Of a stretch of DNA of 64,000 nt, positions 9,133-20,077 are shown one piece after another (position 1 is the stretch's first letter; the number at the start of each line of letters is the position of its first letter). A model generated the notes under the pieces. That model was not told where the DNA came from. It did not search any database and saw nothing but the letters and a program-made list of their open reading frames with translations. Where the stretch lies: NCBI GenBank assembly GCA_963835065.1, contig CAWIEK010000049.1, positions 224,001 through 288,000 of the forward strand, written 5' to 3'. Origin of the DNA: an uncultured Chthonomonadaceae bacterium (GTDB lineage: Bacteria; Armatimonadota; Chthonomonadetes; Chthonomonadales; Chthonomonadaceae). Both the position numbers and the translations under genes were made by a program.

Positions 9133-12100
9133 TCAATATATATTCAATTTTTGCCCACGCGATTGAAACAGAGATTCAAGCCGCTGTTTTTCCTTGTGGC
9201 TAATGGCTGTGTTGTTAAGATTGATTTCTTGTAATTTATTTAAGTTTTCAAGCGGTGACAAGTCCATAATCCGTGTATTATCAAGATACAAATTTTCAAG
9301 GTTCTTCAAACCTTTAAGCGGTGTCAGATCTATGATCCGGGTATTGTCAAGAAACAACGCTTGCAAGTTGTTCAGGTTAGCCAGAGGGGTGAAGTCGGTG
9401 ATCTGTGTATTGGTAAGAGATAGCCTCTGTAAGCCAGGCATGTTGCAAGGAGTTTGCAGTTCGTGATCTGAGTATTATCAAGAAACAGAGATTGCAACTT
9501 ATTCAGCCCTTCAAGGGTAGTTAAATCTGTGAGTTGAGTATCATCAAGATACAACTCATGCAAATTGTTCAGATTAGCAAGAGGGGTAAAGTTCGTAATG
9601 TGTGTTTTGGTAAGAGACAGCCTCTGTAAGCCACTCAAACCAGAGATGGGTGTCAAGTCCATGATTTGAGTATCATCAAGATATAGTGATTGCAAGCTGC
9701 TTAGACTGGCAAGAAGTGTGAAGTCCGTAATCCGAGTTTGATCAAGGTATAGCGAATATAAACCACTCAGACTTGCAGCGGTGCAAGATTATGAACATAG
9801 GGGCGGTACTCTTTCGCACTATCGAAATGTCCTTGAAGTTGTTGAAGTACGAGTGGAATGGTAAGAACATTGACGGTTTGCGCCATAACAGCGGCGGGTA
9901 GCACGTTTGCCAATTCATCAAGGACAGCAGGAGGAGTATCACGACGCAGAAACTTCCGTAACGCGGCGATTGCCTGTTCACTGTTCATTTTTGCAAGGCC
10001 CCGTGCACAAGCTATCTCTACCTCCACCGACATGTCGCTGCGCCAAGCCAGATGTTCTACGGCAATCTCGCCGCATTCCGCCAGCGCTTTCGCTCTGTCC
10101 ACTGTGTTGACCGGCAGCATCTGTGCTCGTATTGCATCCAGTTTTTGCATAACTTCCGAACGCCAACGGATAACGTACACGCGACGCTGTTTTCAGCGCC
10201 ATCACGTCTCGCCGAGCGCTGTCTTTGCTGTTCCGTCCCGGCAGGTCCAGAATGGCCTGTACGAGTTTCGATCCGAACTCCTCGTCAATGGCGAACGGCG
10301 GCGGCGAACAGCAGGACGGGTTCCCATCGCGCCAAATTCTCCGATTCGACCTTTTGTGCTAGAAAAGCGTACTCGTTGCGCCGCACAAACATCAGCGACG
10401 CCAGGTAATCGCGCAGGGCGTTGTGAACAAATTCCACGTCGTCGTTGCGGCACATCCGCAGCAGCCCGCTACGCTCCAGCAGCCCTTGCAGCACTTCCTC
10501 AGCCCTGTTTCTATCCTGCGCGCCGCCCGGATTTAGCGCGTCCGCGATCTGCACGACTGCGCTTTGCCGGGGAATAACGGTAATTTCCTTTTGCACCACA
10601 TCGTAGGCCAGATTACGCGCCAGCAACAGGCGCATATCTTCATTGAGCGCCGAATACGCGGGGAGCGAGTCCAGCGCCTTCACTTCAGTTAGCCTGTCTC
10701 GATCCCACAACAGCATTTTGCAGGCGCTTTCGCACAGGTCGCGCAGGTTTTCCGGCAGGTTGGTTCGGTACACGCGGTTCAGGGCGCACAAGAGGGCGCA
10801 CAGCAGGGGATTGGAAGCCAGATGCGCTGCCGAATGGTTGATTTCCAGTTCCCGCAGCAGTTGTTTGCGCTTTTGTGCCAGTTTGTGCAGTTTTTCCCGT
10901 GAACCGCCAAGCTGCCGCGCAACCGCGCGATGCCATCGGCGCACGAACTGCCGTTTGCCCTCCGGCGTCAGGTTACGGACGTTGTATTCGGCAAATCCTG
11001 CCTGTTCCAGCGCTTCCGGCTTCAGCGCTTCCGGGCGGCTTGTCGCCACGAACACATTGCCCCCGCCATAATCGTCAATCAAGCCCTGTATCCACGTCAG
11101 CGCCTTGCGCCGTTGCGCCCCCGACAGCTCATCCAGTCCATCCAGCAGCAGCAGTCCGCGTCCGGCTTGCAGAACGCTTTCCGCCCATCCGTCCGGGGCC
11201 TTCAGCCGGGTGGCTCCATGCCGGTGCAGTTCGTCCAGTGTGGGAAACGCGCCCGTTGGAAAGTCCCGCAGCCGCACAAAAAAAGGAACTTTATCGCGCC
11301 ATGCCAGCGCGTCCGACCGTCGCGGCTGCATCTTCTCATGCCGTTCGCCCGTCATCGAAGTATTCGGCGAGAATACAAGCCTATCCTGACCGTGCGCGCG
11401 TGTCGGTTCCCGCGCCGCCTCGATAGCCGCCCACCGCATCAGCGTAGTTTTGCCGCACCCTGCCGGTCCAACGAGCAGGGCGCGCGGCGTGTCGGCGGGC
11501 AGCCCATCCAGCAGGCTTTCGGCGGATACATCGCCGGACGCTTCCGCATCGAAGCGGCCCCGCGCCAGCGTCAGCGTGACGTATGCAACCGACAGCATTT
11601 GCTTGGTGGATTCTTGTTCAAGGTCCGGCCTTTCGATAAACAGTTCCACCCAATCCAATTCTTTCGCCACCGCCGCGCGATACTTCGGCTCAAAGGCCAG
11701 GAACTCCTCACCCTTCGCGCCCATTAACTGCCGAATCGCCTCTCCATGCCACTTGTGTTCCCCGCGCTGCTGATTGTAGGCGTCCATAAACCAGGTCATA
11801 AAACCCGGCATCTCGTGCAGCCTGTCCCACAGCGCCTCGACAATCTGCGTGAGCAGGGCATCGTGAAAATTGCGGTCATGGCCGGAAATAACGGCAAGTT
11901 CCGTCCGGTTTTCTCTACACCATGCCTGCACCACCGCCGGAGACTTCCGCCAGTTATCCATCAGGCTTTCAAACGAAAACCCACATTGCAGCGTGTTCGC
12001 AGCCACCGCCTCAACCGCATGGATATTGACTTTCCCGCCGGTTTGCTCCGCAAGCGAAGCAAGCTGCTTCAAAATGTCCTGCCGCGTGACTTCCAGAGGC

Positions 12101-12258
12101 CCCAGAATATCTTTCGCCCCGGCCTTTCGGTTCCTGTAAGCGCTTGTGAGGTCTACACCCCCGTCAAAAACGCCCTTCACGTCACCAATCGCGAGGGAAA
12201 CAAGCATTTTAAGCACCGTGCCGCCAACTGCGGACAAAGCATTTTCCGGTTTAGACAT
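9133..12258 (-). CDS. NACHT NTPase with C-terminal leucine-rich repeats (bacterial NLR-like), split by about 4 frameshifts
   Basis: Walker A GPAGCGKTT, Walker B LLLLDGLDE, TSRP, NPLL, FVHNALRDYLA; continues through ORFs 9978-10205, 9767-10180, 9372-9695 and 9133-9441 containing about nine 22-aa LRRs (LxxLxLxxTxIxDLTPL). Confidence 0.85.
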
Positions 12259-12553
12259 AATTGGCTACGCTCTTTCAACAGCAGACCGGTAGACAAACCA
12301 CCGAAACTTTGCACAATCCCATGTTTACAGGACAATCGGCCGCAGGCCTAACAACCGGTATTTTATATACCGGGTTCTGTGAGCAGACTTACAAACAGAA
12401 AAAAGAGCCAAACAGCGCAGAAAAAATGAACCTTTTACCCCTGCTCACCTGTCTAATTAGTACAAACGTCTACTGTTCAGGTGTTATACCCACAGGAAGG
12501 TTGAACGTTCGCAGTTCCTATCAACTATCAACTACCAACTATCAACTAAGAAG

Positions 12554-12696
12554 GGAGGTGCCAGTCCTATGTTTCACCCCTCCCGCTCGCCCTGACGCTG
12601 CTGAGGTCACGATGCCTCTCTCCTACAACCAGACACAACGAGACATCGGGCTGGAAGCGCTGTATTGCCAAGATTTCGACGATGACTCTACATACT
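12554..12696 (+). ncRNA. Unknown repeated element copy 1: SD + micro-ORF MFHPSRSP* (12569-12595) + conserved structured segment
   Basis: 12583-12696 aligns without gaps to 35846-35959 at 104/114 identity. Confidence 0.5.
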
Positions 12697-12717
12697 CTTT
12701 TTTCTGCCTACCGCTGC

Positions 12718-13731
12718 TTAATGATCGTGATCGGCGCTCATATCAGGCTGTTTGGCTTCCATGCCGCCCTTGCCGCCCATCATCATGGTGGGCATGTTGC
12801 CGTCATTGGAAGCGGAGCGTTCAGGATTGTTGGCGGCGCAGGATGTGCCGAATTGGGGCAGGGCGTAAGGGAGGGTGGTGCTGCCACGCGCCAGAATGTG
12901 CTTGTGGTTGCCGCCATCCCAGGGCGTGAAGCTGCGGGCGTTGCAATAGTGGCTGACGAACGAGCGGCGCATCCGATGTTCGCTTTTGTTGGAAAGCGAG
13001 CGGTGCAGGACATGTCCGCCGAAAAACGCCACATCGCCGGGTTCCATCACGCACGGCGTTTCGCTGCCCCTGTACTTGGCGGCAATCGGACGCAGGCTGT
13101 TGGTCACATCGTCGTCGTCATTGGAGTGCGCCCCGACGCGGTCCATCGTGGGAATGTTGTCAAGTTCGCGCTGTCCATACCCGTAGCCGGATGTGGGCGG
13201 ATAAATGGGTTCGTTCTGGCTCCCGCGTGTCATCCACATACAGCCGTTTTCCTCGTCTGCGCGGTCCAAGGCAAGCCACGCGCCGCACAGCGAATCGGGA
13301 AAGGTTGGGATATAATAACTGTCCTGATGATACCCCTGTCCTTCCGCGCCGGGCGCTTTCAGGAACAGCATGGTTTGCATGGCAAGCACATCGGGGCCGA
13401 TCAGGGCTTCCAGCACATCCAGAACGCGCGGATGCAGCATGAACCGCTCATGGATTTCCAGTTGCCGATGCAGCATGTGGATGCGCAACAATCGTTTTTC
13501 CATATCGCGCAGGCTGGCATCAGGCGGGGGTGGGGGAACGCCGGGAACTTCAATGCGCCCGTACATCAGTTCTTCGGTATGCGCTTTGAGTTCTTCCACT
13601 TCTGCGCGTGAAACTAAATCGCGGACGATCAGAAACCCGTCACGCCGAAACGCAACGTACTGGTCTACGCTGACGCGGTACGGTGACTCGTATGGCTTGG
13701 AGGATGTGATTGGTTTAATTAGAGTGTCCAT
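12718..13731 (-). CDS. Phytanoyl-CoA dioxygenase (PhyH) family Fe(II)/2-oxoglutarate oxygenase
   Basis: FRRDGFL, YHQD, AWLALD..ENGC, PGDVAFF...LHRS..N.S...RRS motifs. Confidence 0.9.
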   Translation of the reverse strand: MDTLIKPITSSKPYESPYRVSVDQYVAFRRDGFLIVRDLVSRAEVEELKAHTEELMYGRIEVPGVPPPPPDASLRDMEKRLLRIHMLHRQLEIHERFMLHPRVLDVLEALIGPDVLAMQTMLFLKAPGAEGQGYHQDSYYIPTFPDSLCGAWLALDRADEENGCMWMTRGSQNEPIYPPTSGYGYGQRELDNIPTMDRVGAHSNDDDDVTNSLRPIAAKYRGSETPCVMEPGDVAFFGGHVLHRSLSNKSEHRMRRSFVSHYCNARSFTPWDGGNHKHILARGSTTLPYALPQFGTSCAANNPERSASNDGNMPTMMMGGKGGMEAKQPDMSADHDH

Positions 13732-13792
13732 TGAACGTTCCTGTCGGAGATGATCTTACGGGCGCATTTCAGAATTATGGCGCACTTGCCAA

Positions 13793-13936
13793 GTATTGAA
13801 AATACCCGGCAGGAAAGTGCAAGCGTCCTACGGACGCGGGAATATGTTAGTAGAGAATCGCGTCTGCAAGACGCTTGTTTTGTCCTGCCGGGTATTTTCA
13901 ATACCCGGCGCTCCTGCGAGGATTTTCAATCCCCGG
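13793..13936. repeat. REP/BIME-like palindromic element, copy 1
   Basis: 22-bp perfect inverted repeat 13793-13814 / 13883-13904; 13795-13838 matches the reverse complement of the 35522-35565 region at 43/44. Confidence 0.8.
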
Positions 13937-14991
13937 AACGAAGGTACAAATCAGCGAAAACGGGGCAGTGGTCCGAGCCGGCAGAAGTGCCGACCCAACA
14001 ATTCAAAACCTGCCACTGCGGGCTGGTAAAAATATGGTCAATGCGAACGTAGGAGCGGCCTACTTTGGTGGTTTCGCCATAGGTGTAGCCGTATCCTGCT
14101 CCTGCGGCGGAAAAAGCGTCCGACAAGCCCAACGCGAACATATTTTTGCAGACGACGGACTGCACAGGGGCGTTGAAGTCACCCGTTACGATCATTGGCA
14201 GGCGTTCAGTGCGCAGATGTTCGGCAAGCCGCTCTGATTGCCGCAGCCGAATATCCAGGTTTTCGATGAGCAAGTCCATGCCGGCGCGCGGGTGCTTCAT
14301 GGCGTTAAGGCCATAGCGGGGCGATTCAAGGTGGCAGGAGTAAACGACAATCTCTTGTCCGTTCGCGTGAAGCAGGCAACGTTCCACGCGATGATTGTGT
14401 TCCGGGTGCGAAATCCAGCGTATGTCCATATCGGTAAGCGGCAGGCGGCTGGCAATGATGTACTGGTCTACGGCCTGAACATTCCAGCCTGTAAGGAACT
14501 GCCGCATTTCTCCATTTAAGCCCGCCCCCGAATCCTGCATCAGCATCAGGTCGGGCTTGTAGTTGTTAATGTCGTTTTCAATGGCCTTCACGTCCCTGTT
14601 CGCCCACTTGATGTTGTAGGTCATCACGCGCAGGCGCAAGCCTTTGTCAGCGGACGGCTGCGCATGGGAAAACCGGAGATTGCCGCCCATAATCGGGCCG
14701 AACACGAGCAGGCTCAGAACGACAAGCACCCATGTTCGTTTAGCGGGAGCGTATCAGCACCCAGGGATACAATATCAAAAGGGGCAGCGCCCAAACCCAC
14801 TGCGGCAGATATAAATTCAGTCCTGTGAACCACCAGTTTTCCGGCCCAAAGTGATTGGAGGTCAGGAGGATGAGTATGATTACGGAGTAAACCGCCATTA
14901 CCGCCGTGAGGAGGAGTGGGCGGGGCTTAGGTGTCGGCGGTGCAGGGTTGGCCGCAAGGGGCGTTTCATCTTCCGGGCTGATTGAGGGCAT
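13926..14991 (-). CDS. Endonuclease/exonuclease/phosphatase family membrane protein (frameshift near 14735)
   Basis: RVMTYNI, GDFNA, RIDHIF, GSDHCPV motifs; N-terminal TM part in ORF 14740-15024. Confidence 0.85.
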
Positions 14992-15141
14992 AACATATTC
15001 TTTCAGGGTTCGGGATGCGAACAAATCAGGATGTGATAAAAATGTGGCAGGAGCAACGAAGCCACATAGCGAATAAACGCTGCATAGGCTGGCATTGCGT
15101 ATTCCGTTCTTGTATACGGATTTCAGGAGGTTTGTATTTCA

Positions 15142-15921
15142 TTGGCGGCTGATGTTGAAACGAAATGTCGGGTTGTCGGGTTGATACCGGCGCGGCTGGC
15201 GTCCACGCGCTTGCCGGATAAGCCATTGGTGGACATTGGCGGTTGGCCGATGATCCGCCACGTATGGAGTCGGGCGCGGCAGGCGCAAGGATTGGACGAG
15301 GTTGCCATTGCCACGCCGGACGAAGCCATTGCCGAAGCCGCGCAGAAGTTTGGGGCGCGCGTTGTGATGACCTCGGCAAGCCATCCTTCTGGAACCGATA
15401 GGCTTGCGGAAGCGGCGCGTTTGCTTGAACTGGATTCAAACGCCATTGTGGTCAACATTCAGGGCGATGAGCCGCTGCTGGAACCATCGGGAATTGAAGC
15501 CGTGCTGCGCCCCCTGCTGGAAGATTCAGCCTTGACGATGAGCAGCCTGATGTGTCCGTGTCCCGAACGGGAGTTGGACAATCCGGCGTGCGTGAAAGTG
15601 GTTTGCGCCTTAAATGGGGATGCGCTGTATTTTTCGCGGGCGCGGCTGCCGTTTGCCCGCAATGTGAACCAACAGCCGCCTGCGTCCGTGATGCAGCATA
15701 TCGGACTGTACGCGTACCGGAACCACTTTTTACAAACGTTTCTAGCCCTGCCGCCGTCGCCTTTGGAAAAAACAGAATCGCTGGAGCAACTGCGGGTTTT
15801 GGAACATGGCTGCAGTATTCGTATGGTCAGGATCGAGCAAGCGCCGCTCGGCGTGGACACGCCGGAAGATTTAGTGCGGGCGCGGGAATTACTGGCAGGA
15901 TTTTCGCCTGCCAATGTGTAA
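15142..15921 (+). CDS. kdsB: 3-deoxy-manno-octulosonate cytidylyltransferase
   Basis: IPARLASTRLPDKPL, SGTDR, NIQGDEP, ALYFSR, HIGLYAYR, LEQLRVLE, GVDTPED. Confidence 0.96.
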   Translation: MAADVETKCRVVGLIPARLASTRLPDKPLVDIGGWPMIRHVWSRARQAQGLDEVAIATPDEAIAEAAQKFGARVVMTSASHPSGTDRLAEAARLLELDSNAIVVNIQGDEPLLEPSGIEAVLRPLLEDSALTMSSLMCPCPERELDNPACVKVVCALNGDALYFSRARLPFARNVNQQPPASVMQHIGLYAYRNHFLQTFLALPPSPLEKTESLEQLRVLEHGCSIRMVRIEQAPLGVDTPEDLVRARELLAGFSPANV

Positions 15922-15987
15922 CATGGCACACAACCTCTGAGCCTCTTAAACAGGGTTAGCAAACATCAAGGGAGATTAGACGAACAC

Positions 15988-17001
15988 ATGACGACAACAA
16001 ACGGCAATGGCGAGCAGAAGGTTCGCATCGGCATCATCGGCACGGGCGGGATCGCGCAGGGGCATGTGAAGCGGCTCTCGGCGCTTCCCAATGTGGAGAT
16101 TACCGCGCTTTGCGACATCGTGCCCTCGCAAATGGAAAAAACCGTCGAGCGCAATCCGCAGGTGAAGGATGCCAAACAGTTCACAAATTACGAGGAACTG
16201 ATTACTTCAGGGCTGGTGGACGCGGTGAACATTGACACACCGCACACCATCCACTTCGAGCAGATCATGAACAGTTTGGACAAAGGGCTGCACGTCCTGA
16301 CCGAAAAGCCGATGGTCTGCACGGTCAAGGATGCCCATGAGGTGCTGACAAAAATTGATTCCAGCGGCAAGGTGTTCGTGCTGAACTATCAGCGCCACTA
16401 TCAGCCGGAGTTTTTGTACATCAAGAAGGTGATCGAATCCGGGGAGTACGGGCCGGTGCAGTTCGTGCAGGGCTTGCAGGGGCAGGAGTGGAAAAAGGCG
16501 GTTGCGGGAACATGGCGGCAGGACCCGGCTCTGGGTGGCGGGGGACAACTCAACGACTCCGGTTCGCACATGCTGGCCGTTCTGCTGTACGTGACCGGCC
16601 TGAGCGTGGAAGCCGTTGCGGGCTTTATTGATAACCTGGGCGTTCCCGTAGACATCAATTCCGCGTTCTCGTTTCGGTTCATCGGGGGGGCGCAGGGCAA
16701 TGTGTCCATTGTCGGCAATGCGCCTTCCTTTTACGAGGACATTACCATCTGGTGCGACGAAGGCGCTTTCTACATGCGGCAGGGTAAATTGGAAGTGCAG
16801 GACGGCAAGGGCAAGCGAACCGTTCCCACAGCCGAAGAGATGCCCAAAGGCAGCAACCCGGACGAAAACTTCGTCAACGCTATTTTGGGCAAGGAACCTG
16901 TCAACTGCGACGCGAAAATGGGCCTGCGCGTGATTGAACTGACGGAAGCCGCCTGGAAAGCCGCCGCCGATCAGAGCATCGCAACCGTAAAGCGGGCGTA
17001 G
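15988..17001 (+). CDS. Gfo/Idh/MocA family oxidoreductase
   Basis: IGIIGTGGIA, TPHTIH, HVLTEKPM, GGGQLNDSGSH. Confidence 0.92.
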   Translation: MTTTNGNGEQKVRIGIIGTGGIAQGHVKRLSALPNVEITALCDIVPSQMEKTVERNPQVKDAKQFTNYEELITSGLVDAVNIDTPHTIHFEQIMNSLDKGLHVLTEKPMVCTVKDAHEVLTKIDSSGKVFVLNYQRHYQPEFLYIKKVIESGEYGPVQFVQGLQGQEWKKAVAGTWRQDPALGGGGQLNDSGSHMLAVLLYVTGLSVEAVAGFIDNLGVPVDINSAFSFRFIGGAQGNVSIVGNAPSFYEDITIWCDEGAFYMRQGKLEVQDGKGKRTVPTAEEMPKGSNPDENFVNAILGKEPVNCDAKMGLRVIELTEAAWKAAADQSIATVKRA

Positions 17002-17031
17002 TGTCCTCACCGGGTGTCCACTTGTGGACAT

Positions 17032-17071
17032 ACCCCTCTCCTGCCTGCTCGTTCCTCGTCAGGAGAGGGGT
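17032..17071. repeat. REP-like hairpin (CCCCTCTCC family)
   Basis: ACCCCTCTCCTG / CAGGAGAGGGGT inverted repeat after the stop codon. Confidence 0.65.
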
Positions 17072-17237
17072 TATTCGTGTTGATAATCTTCCGGTTATAT
17101 TGAGAAGAGTGAACAAATGACGTAATTTTGTTGTCACAATGTTGGCGGACATTCGTTTGTGAAAATAGGTGAATAAGCAAGTCTGAATCGTCTGGCAGCG
17201 CCCCGAATTTGCCACGAGCTTGCGAAGGGTAAAACCA

Positions 17238-20030
17238 ATGAATCCAATTAAAAAATCGGTTTTGAGCTGGCCGTTGATTTTGAGCCTTATCGCGGGCGGA
17301 AGCGCGATGACTATGGGCATGGCACACGCGCAGGATCAGAACGAACCCGTGCCCTTTGATGCCCGCAACGACAACAACCAACAGCAGGGGGATGTCGGGC
17401 AGGCGGGCGATACGCAGCAGAATTCCAATCAGGGAGTGGTGCGCCTGGCGCGTTTCTCCTATGTGAAGGGAAACGTGACGTGGCGCCCGGATCCGGGCGT
17501 GGATTGGTCGGCGGCCACAACGAACCTGCCTTTGCGCCAGGATGCGCAGATATGGGTTACGGATGGCGGACGCGCGGAACTGCAATTCGATGATGGTAGC
17601 GTGTTGCGGCTTGGCAACGGAGCGCTGCTGACGCTGAAAACTTTGTACAGCGATGAAGATGGCGAGTTCACGCAGATTACGCTCAATGAAGGGCTGGTAA
17701 CGTTGCGCGCCCGGCATGAGCGGGGCGTGTACCGCATTGATACGCCGCTGGCTTCCATAACCGCCAAAGGGCCGGCCAAAGTGCGCTTCGGCATTGCCGA
17801 CGGGCTGGAACTTGCCGTGCGGCAGGGGCAGGCCAATGTGGAAGGCAGCGCGGGGAAAGTAACGCTTGAGTCGGGAGATTATCTTGATTTGCGCGATGCG
17901 CAGTCACCTTTAGACTTGCGCCGCCTGCCCCGCGAGGACAACTGGGATCAGTGGAATCAGGAGCGGGACGCGGTTATGGATGGCAGCGTTTCGCGGCCTT
18001 CCCATCAGCATCTGCCCGCCAATATAGAGATTGTCGCTACCAATCTGGACGATTACGGCTCATGGCGCAATGACCCGGATTATGGCTATGTGTGGTGTCC
18101 GCGCGTCGCGTCTGCCGACTGGCGGCCCTACCACGACGGGCGCTGGACGTGGGTAAACCCATTCGGCTGGACGTGGGTTTCGGATGAGTCGTGGGGATGG
18201 GCGCCCTACCATTATGGAACGTGGGTGTCTCGCGGGTATGGGTGGGCATGGTGTCCCGGCCCGGTCAATCAGTATTGGAGTCCCGCTGTCGTGCATTTCT
18301 CCGAGTACCAGGATCGGGTCGCGTGGGTCGCGCTGGCTCCGCGCGAAGTGCATTATCCCGCCGCGCTGTCCATCGGGTTTCGCAGCGGCAACTGGTCGGC
18401 GTTCTTCTCCATCGGGCAGGCGGCGGTGTACTATCCGACGTACAACAACTACTGCGAAGCGCGTCCGTTCCGCACGGGGTATGTCAACCACGTCACGTAT
18501 GTCAACAACATTACGAATGTGACGAACGTGTATAACACCTCATCGCCGTCCTTCAACCGCTACTACAACTCGGCGGAATTTTACGGCGCGAACCACAACA
18601 CCTATTTGCAGAACAATCGGTTTGTACCCTACAACGCCCGCGCCGGAGCCGGCGTGTCCGTAGTGGCGACGAGCGGGTTCGGACGTAGAACCGCGTATCA
18701 GGTGATTCCACGCGCGGAAAGCGCGTCGTTCTTTACCAACGGGCGAACCGTTACGGCTCCGACAGGACGCGCGATGCCGGTAGCAGGTCCTATCGCCGCG
18801 CGTCCGACGCGGGAATCGCTGACGCCCACCCATGCGTTTATCGTCACTGCGCAGCCGCCGTCACGAGCGGGGTCGCGGGCGATATTCCAGGCTCCGTTGC
18901 CTGCCACGATTGCGCGGCGCGCGGCTCCCATAACGCCTTCCGGCCAGATGATGCGCCAGAATCCGGTCAATCCAACGGCGCAAACGGGACGCTTACTGCC
19001 GCCATCTGTTTCTACCGGACGCGGCAATACGCAAAATGGAAGCGTCAGTAGCCAGAACAACGGCAGCCGCGTCAGCCCGCGCGAGTTGGGGAATGGGACG
19101 CGAACCAGTACGGGCAACGCGACAGGAAGCGCAAATACCGGCGTAACCAATCCACGAACGGGAACATTGCCCCGCGATCCCGGCAATACCAGTTCCTACA
19201 CGCGCGGTCAACGTTCGAGCGGCGATTCCAGCGTTTCCAGCGCGGCGGAAGAAGCGCGACGGGCGCGGGGTTCGCTGGGGCTGCCGTCAACACGGACGGG
19301 CACAGGCAACGGCACTGCCAGCAGTGGCAATCGGGGTTCTGTCAGCGGCAACAGCGGCAATGGTAACACGGGCAGTTTCGGCAGCCCGCGCAGCAATGGT
19401 TCCGATGCGCAGAACAATCGTACCTACCGCGACGCGAATGGGAATACGCGGACGAACCGGCCTAATACCGATAGTTCGGGCACAACGTCTACGCCGCGCT
19501 CCGGTTCCGGGACATCAACATCCTCCGGGCGTCCTGTCCAATTCGGGAACGGAAGACACCCGATGGGCGGCGGAACGGGCTAGAGGGCGCGTCAATGGTT
19601 TCGGGACTTCTTCGCCCGCCACACGAACGGGTGGAGACACTTCACCGCGAACGTACACGCCGTCCACGCGGGGTGACAGCGATACCAATACGCGCAGCTA
19701 TACGCCTCGGAGCGGAGGCGGCAGTACCTCCGGTGGCACTACGACAACGCCGCGCGGCAACAGCTGACGGAAACCCGCGCGCCTACAATCCTCCTGCGCG
19801 TACCTACACGCCGGACGCGCCAAGAAATACGCCCGACCCGGCGCGGCAATCAGGGGGAAACAGCGGTTCGCGCACTTACACGCCGCCCCCGCGTTCGGAA
19901 GGCTCCAGCCGTCCGGCGAATTCCGGGCGTGACCGTTCTAGCGAACGCAGTTCAGGCGAGCAACGAGAAGGCGTCCGGTAAGGACGAGAAGGGTTCCGGC
20001 GACAAGGACAAGGGCGGCAGAGGACGATAG
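17238..20030 (+). CDS. Secreted FecR-domain / DUF6600-like protein with long low-complexity tail (several frameshifts after about 19540)
   Basis: Signal peptide; RLARFSYVKGNV, RAELQFDDGSVLRLG; LDDYGSW...YGYVWCP, WRPYHDGRW, WGWAPYHYG; S/G/T/R-rich tail continues in ORFs 19324-19767 and 19595-19981; the end coordinate is inferred. Confidence 0.75.
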
Positions 20031-20077
20031 GAATAGGAAGTTGATAGTTGATGGTTGATAGTACAAACTGTTTCAAC

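Noticed and set aside
12593..12720. Selenoprotein reading (U-R-C-U) through the two in-frame UGA codons of the repeated element
   Set aside because: No conserved downstream stop between copies, several non-synonymous differences, no convincing SECIS and no sel genes in the window. Not excluded, but unsupported.
12261..12929. ORFs 12261-12929 and 35911-36465 sharing LEALYCQDFDD
   Set aside because: The shared peptide is only a translation of the repeated element. Differences in that frame are mostly non-synonymous, and both ORFs run antisense into real genes.
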